DNA of 34,948 nucleotides from a virus (taxonomy: Duplodnaviria; Caudoviricetes). Location: the IMG/VR virus record IMGVR_UViG_3300032280_000236, positions 1 through 34,948 of that record. The stretch is one strand, 5' to 3'. Within the stretch, counting starts at the first letter, position 1. Each line of letters opens with the position of its first letter. The notes below the pieces were generated by a model that saw only the letters and a program-made list of their open reading frames with translations, was not told the DNA's origin and made no database searches. Of this stretch, positions 28,301 through 34,948 are shown in pieces. Position numbers and translations under genes: made by a program.

Positions 28301-28942
28301 TTAACAACACCTAATATTGGTGCGGCAACTGGCACAAGTTTAAGTGCAACCGGTAACATAACTGGTGGTAATTTAATGACCGCTGGACTAATATCAGCCA
28401 CTAGTACCATTACCAGTGCTGCCAACATCACTGGCGGTAACATCTTAACAGGTGGCTTGGTTAGTTCAACTGGCACTGTTACTGGCTCAAGTTTACTTGG
28501 TTCAGTAGCGTCGCTGAGTGGCAACGTCACAGGTGGCAATGTCCTAACAGGTGGATTGATTAGTGCGGCTGCTACAATTACAGGTGGTAATTTAGCCACA
28601 GGCGGCACAGCAAGTGCCACCGGCAACATCACTGGCGGTAATGTATTAACGGGTGGATTGATAAGCGCAACCGGTACAGTTACAGGTTCAAGTTTACTTG
28701 GTTCAGTGGCATCACTGAGTGGTAATGTCACTGGCGGTAATTTATTAACTGCTGGATTGATAAGTGCCACTGCCAACATAACCGGTGGCAACGTGTTGAC
28801 AGCAGGATTGATCAGTTCAACTGGTAACATTACATCAGCAGGTAACATTGCAGGTGGCAACGTGTCGGCTACTACTGCCATGTATGTTGGTGGTGACAGT
28901 GTATTAACAGTAAATTCAACAGTTGATGGCGGAACATACTAA
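25304..28942 (+). CDS. Long repeat fibre protein (1212 aa) with an Mtd-N-like N-terminus
   Basis: LLLKRS....VP....L..GELAIN..DG.LFYK; dozens of GN(I/V)TGGN(V/L)LTGGLISA units; DAATKEYVD and RILVKNE..NGVY..TRSTD module; ends DGGTY. Confidence 0.85.
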   Translation: MSNTLLLKRSGTANAVPASGNLALGELAINYTDGNLFYKDGGGTVKVIASNYFVSVSGNVTGGNLVTVGLITATGNITGGNVLTAGLVSATGTVTGGNILTGGLISATGNIQGNVFIGNGAGLTSLTGANVTGTVPTATTAGTVTTAAQPNITSVGTLTSVTVTGNIGSGNVLTGGLVSATGNVTGGNLLFGSGIVSGTGNIYAGNIIANFSGNINAAGSNTEVQFADTGDVLGASANFTFDKSTNALTISNGNIIGGNLLTGGLISATATITGGNLATGGTASAGGNITGGNVLTGGLISATATITGGNLATGGTASAGGNITGGNVLTGGLVSAGGTVTGTSFLGAVVSVTANVTGGNVLTGGVISATSTITSAANITGGNILTGGLVSAAGTGTFGNLTTTGASGNISGANVISGTTLSATANVIGGNITTAGLVSATGNVTGNYILGNGYFLTGVITSVANINNGTSNVNIAAANANVTVSVDGTANVAVFATTGEFITGVLSASGNVTGGNILTGGLISSTGTVTGSSLLGSVASLSGNVTGGNLLTAGLISSTSTITSAANITGGNVLTGGLISAASTVTGSSLLGSVASLSGNITGGNVLTGGLISATSTITSAANIAGGNLLTGGLASVTGNVTGGNVLTGGLVSATANVTGGNVLTGGLISATSTITSAANIAGGNLLTGGLISAASTVTGSSLLGSVASLSGNVTGGNLLSGAIVSASGNIQGGNILTAGLISATGNIQGGNVNTNQIRNVSGALTIGVTGGNLLLQPSGNVILSANTYINNLAYPFASSDAATKEYVDNLATTAIAYHQAVNVATTANLATTTGGAITYAQPNGVANGIGATITTTGTFDLIDTGNVQTLGTRILVKNEGNAVFNGVYTWSNATVITRSTDTDQYGANSAEEFSINDYFFVQSGNVNAGSAYIVDSPTGTITFGTSNIAFAQFSSSQVYTANTAAGISLNGTVINAKTDNVTTAFDGGGNIIVKASANLTTPNIGAATGTSLSATGNITGGNLMTAGLISATSTITSAANITGGNILTGGLVSSTGTVTGSSLLGSVASLSGNVTGGNVLTGGLISAAATITGGNLATGGTASATGNITGGNVLTGGLISATGTVTGSSLLGSVASLSGNVTGGNLLTAGLISATANITGGNVLTAGLISSTGNITSAGNIAGGNVSATTAMYVGGDSVLTVNSTVDGGTY
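26090..26298 (+). repeat. Apparently exact 102-nt (34-aa) tandem duplication
   Basis: ggcggattaatttctgcaacagcc...gtgttgact starts at 26090 and again at 26192. Confidence 0.9.
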
Positions 28943-28964
28943 TTAATACTGGACTGGGTTACAT

Positions 28965-29564
28965 ATGACAAACACAGTATTAATTAAACGTTCAAGCACA
29001 GCCAATGCAGTACCAGTGGCCGGCAACCTAGTTGCGGGTGAACTGGCCATAAACTTTACTGACGGCAATTTATTTTATAAAAATGCCGGTAATGTTGTCA
29101 CAGTAATTGCCAGCAATCAATTTAGTTCAGTAACTGGTAATGTGACCGGTGGCAACATCTTGACCGGTGGAGTAATTTCGGCTGTTGGTAACATAACCGG
29201 TAACTACTTTATTGGTAACGGATCGCAATTAACCGGTATTGTAACGTCAGCCGGTTCCAGCATTATCAATGGTACATCCAATGTGGTTGTAGCCGCAAGT
29301 GGTAACATCACAGTTGGTGTTGCAGGCACAGCCACAGTGGCAACATTTACCACAACAGGCCTCTCAACCAACTCTGTGGTTGCAACAGGTAACGTAACTG
29401 GCGATTATATTTTTGGAAACGGTAGCCAATTAACAGGGATTTCGTCGAGCGGCGGAAATCTTTGGGTAGTTGGCAGAATAGCAACATATTATGTACCAAT
29501 TTTGTTTGGTATATTAAACATAATTGGTCGAACTGGAAATATAGCGGTGACAATCAACGCATAA
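28965..29564 (+). CDS. Short paralog of the 1212-aa fibre (same N-terminal domain)
   Basis: MTNTVLIKRSSTANAVPVAGNLVAGELAINFTDGNLFYK is closely similar to the 25304 N-terminus. Confidence 0.8.
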   Translation: MTNTVLIKRSSTANAVPVAGNLVAGELAINFTDGNLFYKNAGNVVTVIASNQFSSVTGNVTGGNILTGGVISAVGNITGNYFIGNGSQLTGIVTSAGSSIINGTSNVVVAASGNITVGVAGTATVATFTTTGLSTNSVVATGNVTGDYIFGNGSQLTGISSSGGNLWVVGRIATYYVPILFGILNIIGRTGNIAVTINA

Positions 29565-29584
29565 ATACATAATAGGAATATAAA

Positions 29585-32500
29585 ATGGCCAATCGTTTTC
29601 CGTTAATCGTCAATACCACAAGTGGAAATAGTGTTCAAGAACTTCCAGCAGGTGATTTTTTAGATTTAAGCAACAGCGGAATATCCAACAGCGGTAATAT
29701 TTCAGTAAGTGGGTTAGTCAGTGCAACAGGTAACGTAACTGGCGATTATATTTTCGGCAATGGTGCGCTACTAACTGGTGTTATCACCAGCGTTGCCAAT
29801 ATCAACAACGGCACATCAAACATCACTGTGGTCAGTTCAGGTGGTAATATCACAACCAGCGTGGCTGGCAATGCCAACATTGGTGTATGGTACGGCAGCG
29901 GTTTGAGCATCACCGGCGATTTGACTGTGTCGGGCAATGCCACACTGAGTGGCAACATCCTGGGCGATAGAATTACAAATGGTACTACCAGTTTAGAAAT
30001 TCAGACAGCCGGCGGCAACGCCAACATCAACGTAGGTGGCACAGGTAACTTGGCGGTATTTGCCCCGGGTAACTTGTTTATGACAGGTAACATCACACCC
30101 AGCGCCAACGTCACGTACGACCTAGGTACAACAAGTCAACGTTGGAAAGACCTGTGGTTGAGCAACAGCACAATCTACTTGGGCAATGCTCAAATCACTG
30201 CCAACGCTACTGCGGTCACAATTACCAACCCAGCAGGTGGTACGACAGTATTGGCTGGCACAGCCGGCGACACTGCTTTGACTGCGGCTGTTGTCAGTGC
30301 AACTGGCAACGTCACAGGTGGTAATTTATTGACAGGTGGATTGATATCAGCCACATCAACTATTACGTCAGCGGCAAATATCACAGGTGGCAATGTCCTA
30401 ACAGGTGGATTGATCAGTGCCACGTCAACTATCACAAGTGCCGCCAACGTCACAGGTGGTAATGTCTTGACTGGCGGATTGATATCAGCCACATCAACCA
30501 TAACTGGCTCAAGTTTGTTGGGTTCAGTGGCATCATTGAGTGGCAATGTCACAGGTGGTAATGTCTTGACTGGCGGATTGATCAGTGCTACATCAAACAT
30601 AACTGGTGGCAACATCTTGACAGGTGGATTGATCAGTGCCACAGGTAACATTACCACAGCAGGCACATTTGTTGGTACTTTTTCTGGCAATATCAGCGGT
30701 AACTTAACAGTCCCGGGTTCAAACACACAGGTTCTCTTTAATAATTCAGGCAACGCCGGTGCTGCCGCTGGATTCACATTCAACAGCGCATCAAACCTTG
30801 CAACCGTCACAGGTAACATTTCAGGTGGTAACTTGTTGACTGGGGGATTGATCAGTTCAACTGGTAACATCACTGGTGGTAACTTGAGTGGCACAAGTGT
30901 CGCAGGTACATTGACCACTGCCAGCCAAACAAACATTACTTCAGTTGGTACACTGGGTGCATTGGCAGTAACAGCCAACATCTCCGGTGGCAACTTGCTC
31001 ACAGGTGGCCTAATAAGTGCCGCCTCAACTGTGACCGGTTCAAGTTTGTTGGGCTCAGTGGCATCATTGAGTGGTAACGTAACTGGTGGCAACATCAGAA
31101 CAGGTGGAGTTGTGAGTGCAACTGGTTCAATCACAGGTGCTAACTTAATAACTGACGGTAAGGTTACAGGTGGTGATTTAGTCGCAGGTGGCACAGTAAG
31201 TGCTACAGGAAATATCATGGGTGGCAACATCTTAACTGCTGGACTAATATCAGCAACGTCGACCATAACAAGTGCCGCCAACGTAACTGGTAGTAACTTG
31301 CTGACAGGTGGTTTAGTATCAGCGGCAGGTACTATCACTGGTACAAGTCATATAGGTTCAGTAGTATCTGTAACAGCCAACGTAACAGGTGGTAACATAT
31401 TAACTGCTGGACTAATATCAGCAACTGGCAACGTAACTGGCAATTATATTTTGGGCAACGGTGCGCTACTAACCGGCGTGATTACAAGTGTGGCCAACAT
31501 CAACAATGGTACAAGCAACGTCACTGTGGTCAGTTCGGGCGGCAACGTCACAGTTGGCATAGGCGGCACAGGCAATGTGGCAGTATTTGCTACTTCGGGT
31601 GAATATGTAACTGGTGTTGTAAGTGCTAGTGGCAACATAACCGGCGGCAATGTCTTAACAGGCGGATTAATAAGTGCTACTTCAACTGTTACTGGCTCAA
31701 GTTTACTTGGTTCAGTTGCATCATTGAGTGGTAACGTCACTGGTGGCAATGTATTAACAGGTGGACTGATATCAGCAGCTGCCAACGTCACAGGTGGCAA
31801 TGTACTAACTGGTGGATTGATATCAGCCACAGGCAACATCACAGGTGGTAATGTCTTAACTGGTGGCGTGATCAGTGCTACTAGTACAATTACAAGTGCT
31901 GCCAATATCACAGGTGGTAATTTGTTGACAGGTGGATTGATTTCAGCAACTGGCGCAATCACTTCAGCAGGCAACATAAGTTTAACTGGCAACATTGTTG
32001 ATGCGGGCGAGTTGTGGGTCAATACCTCAGCCAATGGCAATATCAACCTCAATGCAAACGGAACAGGACAAACCAATATACCCACTGGTATACTCAGTGT
32101 CACAGGCAACATACAAGGTGGCAATTTACGCACCGCAGGACTTGTTAGTGCCACTAGTAACATAACTGGTGGCAACATTTTAACTGGTGGACTGATCAGT
32201 GCCACCTCAACTGTGACCGGTTCAAGTTTCTTGGGTGCAGTTGTTAGTGTAACAGCCAACATTACAGGTGGTAACCTATTAACAGCCGGATTGATAAGCG
32301 CAACTGGCACAATCACAAGTGCGGCAAATATTACAGGTGGTAATATCTTAACAGGCGGGCTGGTTAGCGCAACTGCTAACATAACAGGTGGTAACTTGTT
32401 AACTGCTGGTATAATATCAGCCACAGGAACCATCACATCGGCAGGCAACTTGAGCCTGACAGGCAATATCGTTGACATAGGCGAGTTGTGGATCAATACC

Positions 32501-34948
32501 TCGGCCAACGGCAACATTAATCTTAATGTAAATGGCACCGGACAAACCAACATACCCACTGGTATTTTGAGTGTTACTGGTAATGTACAAGGTGGCAACA
32601 TAAGAACAGCAGGACTTGTCAGTGCCACTGCCAACGTAACAGGTGGTAATTTGTTATCCGGTGCTATTGTATCAGCGGTGGCCAATATAATAGGTGGCAA
32701 CTTGTTGACCGCTGGATTGATATCAGCAACTGGTAACGTCACTGGTGGTAACTTATTGAGTAGCACTGTTTACGGCGCTACCAATTTAACAATCACTGCC
32801 GCATCAGGAAATATCACGCTGAGCCCAAGTGCCAACGTGTTGCTGAGCAGTAGATACATCAACAACTTGGCAGACCCAGTTTCGGCTCAAGATGCTGCCA
32901 CAAAGAATTATGTTGACAACATAGCACAAGGTCTTGATCCCAAAGCCTCTGTTGTGTACGCAACTACTACATCTCTAATTGGCGATGGCTATATTTATAG
33001 CAATGGCTCCAGCGGTGTTGGTGCGACCCTGACCAAAACTGGTACTCTTGCCGCACTCAGCATTGATGGAAGCACACCAACCGCAGGTGATCGGGTGCTG
33101 GTCAAGAACGAGTCAGGAGCATACGTCAATACCACAACTCAATCGGCAGCGTTCAATGGTATCTACACAGTAACCACAGTCGGTACAGGAGCAGTGGCGT
33201 GGGTACTAACTCGTGCCACAGACTTTGACATTGGAACAGAAATGCCCGGCGCCTTTGTGTTTGTTGAAGCCGGCACATCCAATGCAGATACTGGTTGGGT
33301 ATGTACTGCCAATTCACCAGTCACCGTTGGAACAACACAAATCACCTGGTCACAGTTCTCTGCCGCAGGTGCATACACTGCCAATACATCAGCAGGTTTA
33401 AGTTTAATTGGATCACAATTCAATGCCAAAGTTGATGGTGTGACCACAGCATTTGACGGCGGCGGTAACATCAGTGTCAAGAGCAGTGCAAACTTGACTA
33501 CTCCCAATATTGGTACAGCAACAGGTACAAGTTTAAGTGTCACTGGTGCGCTCAACGCCGGAACAACAGCAGGTATAACAGGCAACATCACCGGTGGTAA
33601 TGTCTTGACTGCTGGTTTAATATCAGCAACTAGTACTATCACTTCAGCAGCCAACATCACTGGCGGTAACCTATTAACAGGTGGCCTGATATCAGCCGCC
33701 GGTACCATAACTGGCACAAGTCACCTAGGTTCAGTTGTTTCAGTAACAGCCAATGTCACAGGTGGCAACCTATTAACAGGTGGATTGATATCAGCCGCCG
33801 GTAATGTAAACGTAGGTAACTTGCTCAATGCAGGTCTTACAAGTGTTGCCGGTAACATAACTGGTGGTAACTTGTTGACGGGTGGTATAATAAGTGCTAC
33901 TAGTACCGTAACTGGATCATCGTTTAGTGGTGCAGGAACTGGATTGACCGGTACTGCCTCATCGTTGACTGTGGGCAGTGCAACTACTGCTACATCAGCA
34001 ACCACAGCAGGTACAGTGACCACAGCGGCACAAGGTAACATCACTAGTGTTGGAACACTGACATCACTGGCAGTAACTGGCAACATCACCGCAGGTAACT
34101 TGACTGGTGCGACTCTAGTTAGTGCCACCAACTTGACTGGCACATTGACCACTGCCGCACAAACTGCTATCACTTCAGTAGGCACTCTAGGTAGTTTGAC
34201 AGTAACAGCCAATGTCTCTGGTGGCAACCTATTAACTGCTGGACTAATATCAGCAACATCAACTATTACCAGCGCCGCAAATATCACTGGTGGTAACTTG
34301 TTGACAGGTGGACTTGTAAGTGCCGCAGGTACCATAACTGGCACAAGTCATCTGGGTGCTGTGGTAAGTGTAAGTGGCAATATCACTGGTGCAAGTTTGT
34401 TGGGAACTACAGTATCTGTAACTGGCAATTTAATTGGTAACAATGTCAACGCTGGAACTGGTAATATTATTGGTGGAAATATTATATTTCAATCAAATTA
34501 TGTAAGTGGAACCGGTAACATAAATGGCGGTAACTTATTAACAGGTGGACTAGTCAGTGCCACTGGTACGATAACTGGATCATCGTTTAGCGGGGCAGGC
34601 ACTGGGTTGACTGGTACCGCTTCATCATTAACTGTAGGCAGTGCAACCACTGCAACCACAGCAGGTACGGTGACCACTGCCGCACAAGGTAACATTACAA
34701 GTGTTGGTACATTAACATCACTGGCAGTAACTGGCAACGTCTCTGGCGGCAACTTGCTGACAGGTGGGCTTGTAAGTGCCACATCAACAATCACAAGTGC
34801 TGCCAACATCACAGGTAGTAATTTATTAACAGGTGGACTGATCAGTGCCGCAGGTACTGTAACTGGCACAAGTCATTTGGGTGCTGTGGTATCAGTCACA
34901 GCCAACGTAACTGGTGGCAATATCTTAACTGCTGGACTTATAAGTGCA
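29585..34948 (+). CDS. Partial giant repeat fibre protein (>=1788 aa, runs off the window)
   Basis: Missing from the ORF track because it has no stop. MANRFPLIVNTTSGNSVQELPAGD...; TAAATA (29562) and AGGA upstream; YDLGTTSQRWKDLWLS; DAATKNYVD and DRVLVKNE module; still in frame at the window end. Confidence 0.88.
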   Translation, partial: MANRFPLIVNTTSGNSVQELPAGDFLDLSNSGISNSGNISVSGLVSATGNVTGDYIFGNGALLTGVITSVANINNGTSNITVVSSGGNITTSVAGNANIGVWYGSGLSITGDLTVSGNATLSGNILGDRITNGTTSLEIQTAGGNANINVGGTGNLAVFAPGNLFMTGNITPSANVTYDLGTTSQRWKDLWLSNSTIYLGNAQITANATAVTITNPAGGTTVLAGTAGDTALTAAVVSATGNVTGGNLLTGGLISATSTITSAANITGGNVLTGGLISATSTITSAANVTGGNVLTGGLISATSTITGSSLLGSVASLSGNVTGGNVLTGGLISATSNITGGNILTGGLISATGNITTAGTFVGTFSGNISGNLTVPGSNTQVLFNNSGNAGAAAGFTFNSASNLATVTGNISGGNLLTGGLISSTGNITGGNLSGTSVAGTLTTASQTNITSVGTLGALAVTANISGGNLLTGGLISAASTVTGSSLLGSVASLSGNVTGGNIRTGGVVSATGSITGANLITDGKVTGGDLVAGGTVSATGNIMGGNILTAGLISATSTITSAANVTGSNLLTGGLVSAAGTITGTSHIGSVVSVTANVTGGNILTAGLISATGNVTGNYILGNGALLTGVITSVANINNGTSNVTVVSSGGNVTVGIGGTGNVAVFATSGEYVTGVVSASGNITGGNVLTGGLISATSTVTGSSLLGSVASLSGNVTGGNVLTGGLISAAANVTGGNVLTGGLISATGNITGGNVLTGGVISATSTITSAANITGGNLLTGGLISATGAITSAGNISLTGNIVDAGELWVNTSANGNINLNANGTGQTNIPTGILSVTGNIQGGNLRTAGLVSATSNITGGNILTGGLISATSTVTGSSFLGAVVSVTANITGGNLLTAGLISATGTITSAANITGGNILTGGLVSATANITGGNLLTAGIISATGTITSAGNLSLTGNIVDIGELWINTSANGNINLNVNGTGQTNIPTGILSVTGNVQGGNIRTAGLVSATANVTGGNLLSGAIVSAVANIIGGNLLTAGLISATGNVTGGNLLSSTVYGATNLTITAASGNITLSPSANVLLSSRYINNLADPVSAQDAATKNYVDNIAQGLDPKASVVYATTTSLIGDGYIYSNGSSGVGATLTKTGTLAALSIDGSTPTAGDRVLVKNESGAYVNTTTQSAAFNGIYTVTTVGTGAVAWVLTRATDFDIGTEMPGAFVFVEAGTSNADTGWVCTANSPVTVGTTQITWSQFSAAGAYTANTSAGLSLIGSQFNAKVDGVTTAFDGGGNISVKSSANLTTPNIGTATGTSLSVTGALNAGTTAGITGNITGGNVLTAGLISATSTITSAANITGGNLLTGGLISAAGTITGTSHLGSVVSVTANVTGGNLLTGGLISAAGNVNVGNLLNAGLTSVAGNITGGNLLTGGIISATSTVTGSSFSGAGTGLTGTASSLTVGSATTATSATTAGTVTTAAQGNITSVGTLTSLAVTGNITAGNLTGATLVSATNLTGTLTTAAQTAITSVGTLGSLTVTANVSGGNLLTAGLISATSTITSAANITGGNLLTGGLVSAAGTITGTSHLGAVVSVSGNITGASLLGTTVSVTGNLIGNNVNAGTGNIIGGNIIFQSNYVSGTGNINGGNLLTGGLVSATGTITGSSFSGAGTGLTGTASSLTVGSATTATTAGTVTTAAQGNITSVGTLTSLAVTGNVSGGNLLTGGLVSATSTITSAANITGSNLLTGGLISAAGTVTGTSHLGAVVSVTANVTGGNILTAGLISA

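Noticed and set aside
25304-29564. Diversity-generating retroelement suggested by Mtd-N-like N-termini
   Set aside because: No reverse transcriptase and no repeat pair with adenine-specific mismatches in the window.
24226-34869. Many long minus-strand ORFs with LPPV(T/M) repeats (up to 440 aa)
   Set aside because: Antisense shadows of the GGN repeat fibre genes; no SD or promoter of their own.
25304-34948. CRISPR-like or guide-RNA array
   Set aside because: Repeats are in-frame and vary at codon third positions; no constant repeat with unique spacers and no cas genes.
1-34948. Stop-codon reassignment
   Set aside because: Core genes are full length in the standard code, and TAA, TGA and TAG all end genes at plausible positions.

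Overview
Fragment of a T4-like myophage genome, read with the standard genetic code. Left to right: a truncated minus-strand structural-type ORF; the gp55 late sigma factor with gp47/gp46 (Mre11/Rad50-like); a radical SAM gene; two convergent GIY-YIG genes flanking a ~420-nt highly structured non-coding region; a minus-strand operon with a gp26-like/gp51-like tail chaperone pair (apparently joined by a -1 frameshift) and a three-gene accessory module containing an ATE/Bpt-like aminoacyl-transferase domain; a tape-measure protein with an M15-type peptidase motif; the head cluster (gp20, gp21, gp22, gp23); an accessory block with a radical SAM gene, a deleted paralog remnant and three glycosyltransferase-like genes; and four Gly/Asn/Thr-rich repeat fibre genes, the last running off the window. 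A TAA(A/G)TA late-promoter motif recurs before most structural genes, several times only 5-7 nt before the ATG. Best leads: the 6789-7205 structured element, the frameshift, the aminoacyl-transferase module and possible virion fibre glycosylation. All family calls come from motif recognition by eye; no database searches were run.
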